Assembly: GCA_965248355.1 (NCBI GenBank)
Contig: OZ252098.1
Location: forward strand, 800,001-864,000
Length of the DNA stretch: 64,000 nucleotides
DNA from: Candidatus Latescibacterota bacterium
Lineage (GTDB): Bacteria > Latescibacterota > UBA2968 > UBA8231
Direction: 5' to 3'
Part shown: positions 19,479 to 29,096 of the stretch, in pieces
Layout of the letters: every line of letters begins with the position of its first letter
Numbering within the stretch: position 1 is the first letter of the stretch
Notes under the pieces: model-generated
Told to the model about the DNA's origin: nothing
Databases searched by the model: none
Seen by the model: only the letters and a program-made list of their open reading frames with translations
Program-made: the position numbers and the translations under genes

Positions 19479-20542
19479 AGTTCGGAATGTTCATGATGCC
19501 CCTGCATCCGCCCGAGAAGGACCGCACCCGGTGCTTCGAGGAGGACATCGAGACCGTGGTCCTCGCCGACCGCCTGGGCTTCACCGAAGCCTGGATCGGC
19601 CAGCACCACTCCGTGGCCTGGGAGCCGATCCCGTCCAACGACGTCTTCATCGCCAACCTGCTGCCGAGGACGGAGCGCATCCGCCTGGGCACCGGCGTCT
19701 CCATCGTGCCCCAGCACCACCCGGTGAACATCGCCGTGCGCCTGGCCCTGCTCGACCACCTGTCGCGGGGCCGCATCAACTGCGGCTTCGGCCAGGGCGG
19801 CGTGGCCACCGACTGGGGGCTCTTCGACCTGCCCGACCCGAAGACCCAGGGCCTGATGACCCTGGAGGGCATCGACCTCGTGCTCAAGCTCTGGTCCGAG
19901 GACGCCCCCTTCGACTACAAGGGCGACCACTGGCACGTGCACCTCACCGAGCCCGTGCCGGAGCTGGGCATCGGCGTCCTCCTCAAGCCCTTCCAGAAGC
20001 CCCATCCGCCGATCGCCATGAGCGTCATCAAGGGCGATTCCATGGCCGGGCACATGGCCGGCGAGCGCGGATGGATCCCCATGAGCACGAACCTGGTGCC
20101 GGTGCCCACCGTGGCCCGCCACTGGGAGACCTACCGCGGCGGCGCCCAGGCCGCCGGCCGGCCGGAGCCCGACCGCGGCATCTGGCGCATCTCGCGCAGC
20201 CTCCTGGTGGCCGAGTCCCGGGCCCAGGCCGAGGACGTGGCCGCAGGGGCCATGCACCGGTCCTTCGAGTACCTCATCGCCGTCCTCACCTCGGTGGGCC
20301 AGCTGCCCCTGATGAAGCGCGACCCGGAGATGCCCGACGAGGAGGTGACCGCCGACTACTGCCTGCGGGAGCTGGCCATCATCGGCGACACCGCCGAGGT
20401 CACGGAGCGGCTGCGCGCCCTCTACGACGACACCGGCGGCTTCGGCACGCTGATGATGATCGCCCACGACTGGGACCACGAGGCCGTGTGGCGGGCCTCC
20501 ATGGAGCGGCTGGCGCGCGACGTCGTGCCGAGGCTGCCCTGA
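19475..20542 (+). CDS. luciferase-like (LLM) flavin-dependent monooxygenase
   Basis: KFGMFMMPLH, ADRLGFTEAWIGQHH, IRLGTGV, LDHLSRGR and KPFQKPHPP motifs; GTGA overlap with the SDR stop. Confidence 0.88.
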   Translation: MKFGMFMMPLHPPEKDRTRCFEEDIETVVLADRLGFTEAWIGQHHSVAWEPIPSNDVFIANLLPRTERIRLGTGVSIVPQHHPVNIAVRLALLDHLSRGRINCGFGQGGVATDWGLFDLPDPKTQGLMTLEGIDLVLKLWSEDAPFDYKGDHWHVHLTEPVPELGIGVLLKPFQKPHPPIAMSVIKGDSMAGHMAGERGWIPMSTNLVPVPTVARHWETYRGGAQAAGRPEPDRGIWRISRSLLVAESRAQAEDVAAGAMHRSFEYLIAVLTSVGQLPLMKRDPEMPDEEVTADYCLRELAIIGDTAEVTERLRALYDDTGGFGTLMMIAHDWDHEAVWRASMERLARDVVPRLP

Positions 20543-20624
20543 GCCGGCGATTGCCCGCATCTGCAATCGTTGGCAAGTTTCTACAACTCTCGCTCTACCT
20601 TCACCCTGTCGAATCGGATACGCC

Positions 20625-23510
20625 ATGACGCGCCGGCCATCGACCGCCCTGATCCTTCCTCTCCTCGCCGCCGCGGGTCTGGCCCTCGGCGGCTGCGCCG
20701 CCCGGCCCTCCGCGTCCGGGAACGCCGCCGGGGCGCCGGCGGCCGGCGCACCCGAATCCGTGCTGCCGGTGGACCCCAAGGTCACGCGCGGCACCCTGGA
20801 CAACGGCCTGCGCTACGTCATCCGGGCCAACGCCAAACCCGAGAACCGGGCCGAGCTGCGCCTCGCCCTCGACGTGGGCTCCATCCTGGAGACCGACGAG
20901 GAGCAGGGGCTGGCCCACTTCGCCGAGCACATGGCCTTCAACGGCACCACCCACTTCGAGAAGCAGGAGCTCTGGTCGTACCTGGAGTCCGTGGGGCTGC
21001 GCACGGGCGCCGACCTCAACGCCCACACCAGCTTCGACGAGACCGTGTACAAGCTCACCATCCCCCTCGACTCGGTGCAGGTGGTGGAGCAGGCCTTCCA
21101 GATCTTCGAGGACTGGGCCCACGGCGTCACCTTCGACGGCGAGGAGATCGACAAGGAGCGCGGCGTCGTCATCGAGGAGTGGCGCCGCGGCCAGGGCGCC
21201 GGCCTGCGCATGCTCTACAAGCAGCTGCCGGTGCTGTTCGCCGACTCGAAGTACGCCGAGCGCATTCCCATCGGGCAGAAGGCCGTCCTCGACACCTTCC
21301 ACCACGACACGGTCCACGGGTTCTACCGCCGCTGGTACCGGCCGGACCTGATGGGCTTTGCCGCCGTGGGCGACTTCGAGCCGGCCTACATGGAGAGCCT
21401 GATCGCCGAGTACCTGGGCCGCGTGCCGGCCGTGGAGGCGCCCACGGCGCGGCCGGAGGCGGCGGTGCCCGACCACGAGGAGACCCTCTTCGCCATCGTC
21501 ACCGACCCGGAGGCCACGAGCAACGTGGTGCGCATCATGCACAAGCAGGACCGGACCGACGACTCGACGAAGGGCGCCTACCGGGACCACCTGATGGAGA
21601 GCCTCTACCACGGCATGCTCAACCGGCGCCTCTACGAGCTGACGACCCGGGCCGACCCGCCCTTCCTGGGGGCGTTCTCCGGCGGCTACTACTCGGTGCG
21701 CACCAAGGAGATGATCCAGCTGGCCGCGGGCGTCGAGAACAACGGCTTCGACCGCGGCCTCGAGGCCCTGCTCACCGAGGCCGAGCGGGTCCGCCGGCAC
21801 GGCTTCACGGCCACGGAGCTGGCGCGGCAGAAGAAGGAGCTGCTGCGCGGCATGGAGCAGTCCTGGCGCGAGCGCGACAAGCTCCAGTCCCGGGGGTTCG
21901 CCGCCGAGTACGTCCGCCACCTGCTCGAGGACGAGCCGATCCCCGGCATCGAAGGGGAGTACGAGCTCTACCAGGAGCTGCTGCCGACGATCGCCCTGGC
22001 CGAGGTCAACGACCTGGCGGGGGAGTGGACGGGGGACCGCAACCGCGTCATCACCGTCAACGCTCCGGACAAGGAAGGCGTGGGCGTGCCCAGGCAGGAG
22101 CAGTTGCTGGCCATTCTCGAGGCCGCCGCCGGCAAGGAGGTGGAGGCCTACGTCGACCAGGGCGCCGACCTGCCGCTGCTGCCCGACGAGCCGCAGGCGG
22201 GGTCCGTGGCCTCGCGCGGCGAGATCCCGGAGCTCGGCGTCACCCGGTGGGAGCTGTCCAACGGCGTGCGCGTCTTCCTCAAGCCGACGGACTTCAAGAA
22301 CGACCAGATCCTGTTCGCCGCGTACAGCCCCGGCGGCCATTCCCTGGTGGAGGACGGCGAGTTCATCGCCGCCTCCACGGCCCCCGCCGCGATCACCGAG
22401 AGCGGCCTCGGGAACTTCGACAAGGTGGGCCTCATCAAGTGGCTCAGCGGCAAGGTGGTGAGCGTCGCGCCGTACGTCTCGGAGCTGGAGGAGGGGCTGT
22501 CGGGCTCGGCCTCACCCCAGGACGCGGAGACGATGTTCCAGATGATCCACGCGTACTTCACGGCCACGCGCTCCGACAGCGCCGCCTTCGCCTCCCTGCG
22601 CACGCGCCTGCGCGCCTGGCTGGAGAACCGGAGCTCCGACCCCGAGACCGCCTTCTCCGACACGGTCTCGGTGACCATGGCCCAGTACCACCACCGGGCC
22701 CGCCCCTGGTCGCTGCCGATGCTCGACGAGCTCGACCTCGACGCCTCGGTGCGCATCTTCCGCGACCGCTTCGCCGACGCTTCCGACTTCACCTTCTTCT
22801 TCGTCGGCAACTTCACCCCCGGGGAGATCGAGCCCCTGGTGAGCCGCTACCTGGCGAGCCTGCCGGCGCCGGGACGCGGGGAGACCTGGCGGGACGTGGA
22901 CATGGATCCGCCCCCGGGGGTGGTGAAGAAGGTGGTGCGCGCCGGCATGGAGCCGAAGAGCCGGACCCGCATCCTGTTCACCGGCCCCTTCGACTTCGAC
23001 GTGCGCGCCGACCGGGTGCAGCTGGGCCTGATGACCCAGGCCTTCCAGATCAAGCTGCGGGAGGTGCTGCGCGAGGATCTGGGCGGCACCTACAGCGTCG
23101 GCGTGCGCGGCTCGGTCTCCCACTACCCGGAGGAGAGCTACCTCCTCAGGGTGAGCTTCGGCAGCGATCCCGAGCGGGCCGAGGAGCTGACCGCCGTGGT
23201 CTTCGAGCAGATCGACAGCCTGCGCTCGGTCGGCCTCGACTCCACCTACGTGGAGAAGGTGAAGGAGATCCTCCGGCGGGAGCACGAGGTGGCCCTGAAG
23301 GAGAACGGCTGGTGGCTCAGCAACCTCCGCTATGCGGACACCCACGGCATCGACCCGCTGCTGATCCTCGACCGGTCCCTGGTGGAAGGGCTGACCCCGG
23401 CGGCCGTGAAGCGCATGGCCCAGCGCTTCGACACCGGCAACCACGCCCACTTCGTCATGCTCCCGGCCGAGGCGGACAGCGCCGCGGCAGAGATGGAGCA
23501 GGGGCCGTGA
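20625..23510 (+). CDS. M16-family zinc protease (PqqL-like), lipoprotein
   Basis: GLAHFAEHMAFNGT (HxxEH), NAHTSFDETVY, LREDLGGTY; lipobox LGGC. Confidence 0.92.
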   Translation: MTRRPSTALILPLLAAAGLALGGCAARPSASGNAAGAPAAGAPESVLPVDPKVTRGTLDNGLRYVIRANAKPENRAELRLALDVGSILETDEEQGLAHFAEHMAFNGTTHFEKQELWSYLESVGLRTGADLNAHTSFDETVYKLTIPLDSVQVVEQAFQIFEDWAHGVTFDGEEIDKERGVVIEEWRRGQGAGLRMLYKQLPVLFADSKYAERIPIGQKAVLDTFHHDTVHGFYRRWYRPDLMGFAAVGDFEPAYMESLIAEYLGRVPAVEAPTARPEAAVPDHEETLFAIVTDPEATSNVVRIMHKQDRTDDSTKGAYRDHLMESLYHGMLNRRLYELTTRADPPFLGAFSGGYYSVRTKEMIQLAAGVENNGFDRGLEALLTEAERVRRHGFTATELARQKKELLRGMEQSWRERDKLQSRGFAAEYVRHLLEDEPIPGIEGEYELYQELLPTIALAEVNDLAGEWTGDRNRVITVNAPDKEGVGVPRQEQLLAILEAAAGKEVEAYVDQGADLPLLPDEPQAGSVASRGEIPELGVTRWELSNGVRVFLKPTDFKNDQILFAAYSPGGHSLVEDGEFIAASTAPAAITESGLGNFDKVGLIKWLSGKVVSVAPYVSELEEGLSGSASPQDAETMFQMIHAYFTATRSDSAAFASLRTRLRAWLENRSSDPETAFSDTVSVTMAQYHHRARPWSLPMLDELDLDASVRIFRDRFADASDFTFFFVGNFTPGEIEPLVSRYLASLPAPGRGETWRDVDMDPPPGVVKKVVRAGMEPKSRTRILFTGPFDFDVRADRVQLGLMTQAFQIKLREVLREDLGGTYSVGVRGSVSHYPEESYLLRVSFGSDPERAEELTAVVFEQIDSLRSVGLDSTYVEKVKEILRREHEVALKENGWWLSNLRYADTHGIDPLLILDRSLVEGLTPAAVKRMAQRFDTGNHAHFVMLPAEADSAAAEMEQGP

Positions 23511-24559
23511 GGGTCGTCTCCCTGGAGCAGGAGGAGCTCTTCGTCAGCGGCGAGGGCGGCTGTCACACCTGCCGCATCCCGGCCCTGGCGGCGACCGCGG
23601 CGGGCACGGTGCTGGCCTTCTGCGAGGGGCGCCGCCACAGCCGCTCCGACAGCGGCCAGATGGACCTGCTCCTGCGCCGCAGCGGCGACGGCGGCCGTAC
23701 CTGGGGCCCGCCTCAGGTGGTGGTCACCGAGCCGGGCATGACCTGCGGCAACCCCTGCCCCGTGGTCGACGCCGCCACGGGCCGGGTGTGGCTGCCGTTC
23801 TGCAAGAACCTGGCCGACGGCCCGGAGAGCATGATCATCGAGGGCAAGGCGCCGCGCACGGTGTGGATCACCCACTCCGACGACGACGGGGGCAGCTGGT
23901 CCGAGCCCCGGGAGATCACGGCGCAGGTGAAGGCGCCGGACTGGACCTGGTACGCCACCGGCCCCTGCCACGGGATCCAGCTGGGCAGCGGCCGGCTGGT
24001 GGTCCCCTGCGACCACATCGTGGGTCTGCACCACGACGCCCGGCGCGATCCCTACCACTCACACGTGATCCTCTCCGACGACGGCGGCGCCACCTGGCGC
24101 ATCGGCGGCATCGTCGACGAGGGCACCAACGAGTGCTGCGTCGTGGAGACGGAGGACAACTCCCTCTACCTCAACGCCCGCAGCTACCGGGGGCGCAAGG
24201 TGCGGGCCAGCGCCCGAAGCGATGACGGCGGCGCCAGCTTCGGCCCGCGGATCTGCGAGGAGGGCCTGCCGGAGCCGGTCTGCCAGGGGAGCCTGGTGAG
24301 CCTGGGGCCGCCGGGAGGGCCGCCCACCGACCGGGCCCTGTTCGCCAATCCCGCCAGCACCGAGGCCCGGGAGAACCTCACCCTGCGGGCCACCGCCGAC
24401 GGCGGCCGCACCTGGACAGTGGTCCGCAGCTTGTACGAGGGGCCGTCGGCCTATTCCGACTTGGCGGTCACCGCCGATGGCGACGTCCTCTGTCTGTACG
24501 AGCGCGGCGCCGACCACCCGTCCGAGACCCTGACCCTGGCGCGTCTCACCCTCGGCTGA
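23507..24559 (+). CDS. exo-alpha-sialidase (GH33-like)
   Basis: RIP motif, five Asp-boxes (SxDGGxTW-like), NEC and AYS; GTGA overlap. Confidence 0.88.
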   Translation: MRVVSLEQEELFVSGEGGCHTCRIPALAATAAGTVLAFCEGRRHSRSDSGQMDLLLRRSGDGGRTWGPPQVVVTEPGMTCGNPCPVVDAATGRVWLPFCKNLADGPESMIIEGKAPRTVWITHSDDDGGSWSEPREITAQVKAPDWTWYATGPCHGIQLGSGRLVVPCDHIVGLHHDARRDPYHSHVILSDDGGATWRIGGIVDEGTNECCVVETEDNSLYLNARSYRGRKVRASARSDDGGASFGPRICEEGLPEPVCQGSLVSLGPPGGPPTDRALFANPASTEARENLTLRATADGGRTWTVVRSLYEGPSAYSDLAVTADGDVLCLYERGADHPSETLTLARLTLG

Positions 24560-24597
24560 GCTGCACCGGCCACCGGCCGGGGACCGGGGCGGCCGCG

Positions 24598-24625
24598 TTG
24601 ACCGGCTAGCGGGTCCGCCTACCTT
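24598..24625 (+). promoter_or_regulatory. putative sigma70 promoter TTGACC-16-TACCTT upstream of the cyclase operon
   Basis: Hexamer match; AGGAGG RBS downstream. Confidence 0.4.
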
Positions 24626-24665
24626 TGGCCCCGCAACGCTCGAGCTCTTCAAGGAGGCACGAACC

Positions 24666-25661
24666 ATGGGACGCTCCACGACTCTCGCACTGGCCCTGGC
24701 CGCCATCCTGCTCGCCGCCGGCGACCAGGCCTCCGGACAGACCCGGGAGGAGGGTCCCTGGTGGCCGCACCCGGTCTGGGGTCCCGACGATCAGGCCGGC
24801 GGCTCGAACTGGATCACCCCCGAGGTCGTGCTGCGCGCCGCCCGCCTGGTGGAGACGGGGAAGGTCTACGAGCTCGGCCAGGTCTACGAGTACGGCATGC
24901 CCCTCTTCGGGCAGCGCACCTACTCCCTGAGCATCCCCGGCTCGCCCACGGGCGGACCCTTCGGCGTCAAGAACCAGCTCGTCTACCACGACGAGTTCCT
25001 CTGCGGCGAGATCGGCCAGATCGGCACCCAGTTCGACGGCCCGGGCCACATCGGCACGCGCATGACCATGGGTGACGGCTCCACGGCCGATGTCTTCTAC
25101 AACGGCGTGACCCGGGAGGAGATGAAGGGCGCCTACGGCCTGAAGAAGCTGGGCATCGAGAACATCAAGCCCTTCTTCACCCGCGGCGTGCTCATCGACG
25201 TGGCCGGCCTCAAGGGGGTCGACGCCCTCGATCACAGCTACGAGGTCACCGTGGCCGACGTGCGCGGCGCCCTCGAGCGCCAGGGGATGTCGGAGGCGGA
25301 GTTGCGGCCCGGCGACGCCCTGCTCTTCCGCTACGGCTGGTCGAAGCACTGGAAGGATCCGGAGAAGTACAACACCAACCCGCCCGGCATCGGCATGGAG
25401 GTGGCCGCCTGGCTCGTGGAGCGCCAGCCGTCGATGATCGGCTCCGACCAGTGGACCACCGAGGTCGTGCCGAACCCCGACCCGGATCTCCAGTTCCCCG
25501 TGCACCAGGAGCTGATCACCAAGGCCGGCATCTGGAACCTGGAGAACATGGTCTACGACGGTCTCGCGGAGGACGAGGTCCACGAGTTCCTCTTCGTCTT
25601 CACGCCGGTTCCATTCAAGGGAGGGACCGGGTCCCCCGGCCGGCCGATCGCGATCCGATGA
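24666..25661 (+). CDS. secreted cyclase-family (kynurenine formamidase-like) metal hydrolase
   Basis: Signal peptide; WGPDDQAG, QIGTQFDGPGH, TRGVLID, NLEN and GGTGSP motifs. Confidence 0.85.
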   Translation: MGRSTTLALALAAILLAAGDQASGQTREEGPWWPHPVWGPDDQAGGSNWITPEVVLRAARLVETGKVYELGQVYEYGMPLFGQRTYSLSIPGSPTGGPFGVKNQLVYHDEFLCGEIGQIGTQFDGPGHIGTRMTMGDGSTADVFYNGVTREEMKGAYGLKKLGIENIKPFFTRGVLIDVAGLKGVDALDHSYEVTVADVRGALERQGMSEAELRPGDALLFRYGWSKHWKDPEKYNTNPPGIGMEVAAWLVERQPSMIGSDQWTTEVVPNPDPDLQFPVHQELITKAGIWNLENMVYDGLAEDEVHEFLFVFTPVPFKGGTGSPGRPIAIR

Positions 25662-28327
25662 CGGTACCGACACCCGCGTCGCTGAGCCGGCTCTGCCGGG
25701 GCGCCCTGCCCGCGATCCTCGACGCCGCCGACGGCAAGGGGATGATGAAGATGGTGGAGGTGATCGTCGAGCACGATCGCTGGAACTCCTTCGACCGCTT
25801 CCACGACACCACCGGGGCCCTCGTCGAGATGTACGGGAAGGCGGGAGCCGGCGCCGAGGTGACCCCGGTCCAGACCGGCGGGCGCATCGGCACGGGACGC
25901 TGGATCATCCAGGAGGCCCAGGACGTCAGCGCGGCCACCCTCGACGTGGTGCAGCCCTTCCGCGAGCGCGTCGCCGACTACCTCGAGAACCCCTGGCACG
26001 CCGTGCAGTGGACGGCGGCCACCGCCACGGGCGGGTTGCGCTGCGAGCTGGTCGTGGTCGACGACGAGGAGGCCCTGGATCGCATGGGTCCCGACGCCCT
26101 CGACGGGCGGGCGGTGCTCACGCGGCTCGACATCCGGGGCCGCATGGAGCGGTTCGCCCAGAAGGGGGCCGCCGCGGTCATCATGGACAAGGAGATGCCC
26201 AACAATCCCGGCGCCGTGGCCTGGACCAAGTTCGGCTGGGGGGCCGTGCCCATGGATCACGCCACGGCCAGGCTCGTGGGCCTGGTCCTGTCGCGCCGCC
26301 AGGGCGACCGCCTCCGGAAGCAGCTGGGGCAGCACCCGGGCCTCGTCGTCGAGATCCACGTCGACGCCCGGCGCTACGTGGGCCGCCACGACGTCGTCTC
26401 CGGACTGATACCCGGCCGCGACGACCCCCAGGACGAGGTCTGGGCCATCGCTCATTCGGCCGAGCCCGGGGCCGTGGACAACGCCTCGGGGTGCGCCGTG
26501 ACCGTCGAGATCGCGCGGGTCCTCGAGGGGCTGATCGCCTCCGGGGCCCTGCCCCGCCCACGGCGGACGATCCGCCTGCTCAACGGCTACGAGTGCTACG
26601 GGTTCTTCGCCTACCTCGAAAGGGTGCAGCGCCTGCAGCCGCCCCTGGCCGGCGTCTGCATCGACACCCTCGGCTCCCAGCCGGCGATCTGCGACGGCCG
26701 CCTGGAGTGGCGGGCGACGATACCGGGCTCGGCCGGGTTCGTCGACTGGATCGGCGAGAAGATCCTGCGCTCCACCCTGCGGCAGTACCGCGACGCCGGC
26801 TACCACCTCTCCCTCGGGCCCTTCATGGCCACCAGCGACACCCTGATCGGCGATCCCCAGTACGGCTACCCCTGCCCGTGGATCACCAACCACCACAAGC
26901 GCGACGGCAGCTCCTGGGACGCCTACCACTCCTCGGCGGACCAGCTCGAGCTGCTGAGCCCGGCGGGGCTCAAGACCTGCGCCGCGGCCATGGCCGCGTA
27001 CCTCTACTACCTGGCCGACGCCGCCACACCCGAGGTCGTGCAGATCGCCCGGTCCGAGACGGACCGCCTCACCGGGGAGCTGCGCGCCCACCGCCGCCGC
27101 CTGGACCGGGACGGCGCCGAGTTCCTGCGCCGGGCCCACGAGACGAGCCTGACGCGGCTGCAGCGCTGGCTGTGGGGCGGCGACCGCGCCGAGGCGATGG
27201 CCGAGCTGGACGGGATGAGCCGGGAGATGGACGAGGCCGCTGCGAGCGTTCGGCGCCGGGGCCCGGTACTGCGTTCCTCGGCGTCTCTGCGCCGCATCCC
27301 GCGCCGCACGGCGCTGCTGACGCCGACCACCGAGAACCTGCCGACGCCGGTGGCGCGGAAGATCTCCAGCGCCGGGCAGAGCCCCTGGGCGCTGTACTGG
27401 GCCGATGGCCGCCGCACCCTCGCCGAGATCACCGCCGCCCTGGCCTGGGAGCGCGGCGGCCTGCTGGAGCCCGGGGCCGCCCCGAGGCGCGGGGAGGTGA
27501 AGGCCGAGGACGTGGTCCGCTTCTTCGAGGCCCACGCCGAGCTCGACTACGTGGACATGCCCGAACGGCACGAGATGGTGGACAAGGAGAGAATCGTCGC
27601 CGACCTGCGCCGCCTCGGCGTGGAGCGCGGCATGGACCTCATGGTCCACAGCTCGCTGTCGAACATCGGCCATGTCGAGGGCGGGGCCGACACGGTCGTC
27701 TCGGCGCTGCTCGAAGCGGTGGGCTCCTCGGGGACGCTGCTCATGCCCTCCTTCAACCACCGTGCCGCCCAGATCTACAACCGGATGGCGACGCCGACGA
27801 CCAACGGCGCCATCTCCGACGCCTTCTGGCGCCTCCCCACGGCGGTTCGCAGCGAGCACGCCACCCACGCGGTGGCCGCCCTGGGTCCGCGGGCCGAGCG
27901 CTATTGCGCCTCCCACCTGGAGGCGGGGATCTGGGAGCCGGAGAGCCCCATCGGCCAGCTCGTCCACGGCGGCGGCTGGATCCTGGCCCTCGGCACCACC
28001 CACTGGACCTCCACGGCCTACCACGTGGCCGAGATGTCCGTGCCCTGCGGCTGCATCGACCCCTTCGGCAACATCGACCGCGTCGTGGGCGACGATGGCC
28101 GGGTCGAGGAGGTCTGGGGGCTGGCCTTCCGCAAGGGCGAGTGCCCTGTGGAGATCTCTCCGAAGCTGGACGACGCCCTGGACCGCCGCGGCCTGCAGCG
28201 GCGCGGCAGGGTGGGGGAGGCGGACTGCGAGCTGGTGCGGGCCGAGGACCTGTGGCGCCTGCGCCGCGAGCACCTGCGTCCGGTCTGCCCGACCTGCAGG
28301 ATCTCCCCCAGCTACCGGGACGGCTGA
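25658..28327 (+). CDS. fusion of an M28/DUF4910-like metallopeptidase with a C-terminal AAC(3)/YokD-family N-acetyltransferase (from about 27575)
   Basis: AHSAEPGAVDNASG, RTIRLL..YE, SD, YHSSAD and DGRRTL.EI wHTH-like segment, then LGV..G..LMVHSSLS.IG, GTLLMPSF, RS.H.THAVAA.G and TAYHVAE. Confidence 0.8.
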   Translation: MTVPTPASLSRLCRGALPAILDAADGKGMMKMVEVIVEHDRWNSFDRFHDTTGALVEMYGKAGAGAEVTPVQTGGRIGTGRWIIQEAQDVSAATLDVVQPFRERVADYLENPWHAVQWTAATATGGLRCELVVVDDEEALDRMGPDALDGRAVLTRLDIRGRMERFAQKGAAAVIMDKEMPNNPGAVAWTKFGWGAVPMDHATARLVGLVLSRRQGDRLRKQLGQHPGLVVEIHVDARRYVGRHDVVSGLIPGRDDPQDEVWAIAHSAEPGAVDNASGCAVTVEIARVLEGLIASGALPRPRRTIRLLNGYECYGFFAYLERVQRLQPPLAGVCIDTLGSQPAICDGRLEWRATIPGSAGFVDWIGEKILRSTLRQYRDAGYHLSLGPFMATSDTLIGDPQYGYPCPWITNHHKRDGSSWDAYHSSADQLELLSPAGLKTCAAAMAAYLYYLADAATPEVVQIARSETDRLTGELRAHRRRLDRDGAEFLRRAHETSLTRLQRWLWGGDRAEAMAELDGMSREMDEAAASVRRRGPVLRSSASLRRIPRRTALLTPTTENLPTPVARKISSAGQSPWALYWADGRRTLAEITAALAWERGGLLEPGAAPRRGEVKAEDVVRFFEAHAELDYVDMPERHEMVDKERIVADLRRLGVERGMDLMVHSSLSNIGHVEGGADTVVSALLEAVGSSGTLLMPSFNHRAAQIYNRMATPTTNGAISDAFWRLPTAVRSEHATHAVAALGPRAERYCASHLEAGIWEPESPIGQLVHGGGWILALGTTHWTSTAYHVAEMSVPCGCIDPFGNIDRVVGDDGRVEEVWGLAFRKGECPVEISPKLDDALDRRGLQRRGRVGEADCELVRAEDLWRLRREHLRPVCPTCRISPSYRDG

Positions 28328-28337
28328 GGGTGCTCCC

Positions 28338-29096
28338 TTGAACGAGCTCTCCTTCCGCGCTCCGGGAGAGGTGATCGACGCCAACGTCGGCGCCGGCCAC
28401 CGCCACGACCGCCCCGCCCCCTTCGAGGACGCCTCCGGCCTGCTGGCGGAGATGGACCGCCACGGCGTCGACGCCGCCGTGGTCTATCACGTGCAGGGTG
28501 AATCGGTGAGCGCCCTCGACGGCAACGACCTGCTCACCGAGTGGGTGGAGGGCCAGCCGCGGCTGATCCCCCAGTGGGTGGCCGGCTCGGACCCGGCCTG
28601 CCTCAGGCAGCTGGAGGGGCTGCGCGCGGAAGGGCGGCTGCGTAGCGTGCGCCTCCACGACACCGCCTCCTGCTACAATCCCCTGACCGAATGGATCTAC
28701 GGCGACCTGCTCGTCTGGCTGGAGGCGGAGGGCATCCCCTTGTGGGTCTCCCTGGCGGACAACGACACGGTTCAGCTGGCCGACACCCTCGGGCGATACC
28801 CGGAGCTGGTGAGCGTGCTGGTGGGCGCCCACTACACGCACGCGGCCCTCGTGCGGCCCCTCATGCGGAAGCTGCCGCGGTCCGTGCTGGAACTGAGCCG
28901 GGACGAGACTCTGGTCGACGTCGAGGCCCTGCAGCGCGACGTGGGGGCCCGCCGCCTGGTCTACGGCTCCTTCTACCCCCGGTACGCCATGGGCCCCATC
29001 CTCTACTACCTGCACCGCTGCGACCTCACGGCCTCCCAGCTGGCGCTGATCTGCGCCGGCAACGTGCGCCGCCTGCTCGGAGAGGAGGCCGGATGA
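28338..29096 (+). CDS. amidohydrolase-family protein with a degenerate metal site
   Basis: IDANVG in place of DxHxH; GARRLVYGS.YP; I.AGN.RRLLG. Confidence 0.7.
   Translation: MNELSFRAPGEVIDANVGAGHRHDRPAPFEDASGLLAEMDRHGVDAAVVYHVQGESVSALDGNDLLTEWVEGQPRLIPQWVAGSDPACLRQLEGLRAEGRLRSVRLHDTASCYNPLTEWIYGDLLVWLEAEGIPLWVSLADNDTVQLADTLGRYPELVSVLVGAHYTHAALVRPLMRKLPRSVLELSRDETLVDVEALQRDVGARRLVYGSFYPRYAMGPILYYLHRCDLTASQLALICAGNVRRLLGEEAG

Noticed and set aside
20570..24559. 1329-aa ORF as a giant sialidase fusion (likewise 49465-53340, 18896-20542, 9871-12645 and 4760-7636 at full length)
   Set aside because: The N-terminal extensions are Arg/Pro/Gly-rich off-frame read-through of the upstream gene; the real starts are internal (23507, 50308, 19475, 7282), and 9871-12645 is coding only after the ~12025 frameshift.
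27575..28327. Acquired aminoglycoside resistance gene aac(3)
   Set aside because: Fold-level similarity only; it is fused to a peptidase-like domain in a metabolic operon with host-like codon usage and no mobile context.
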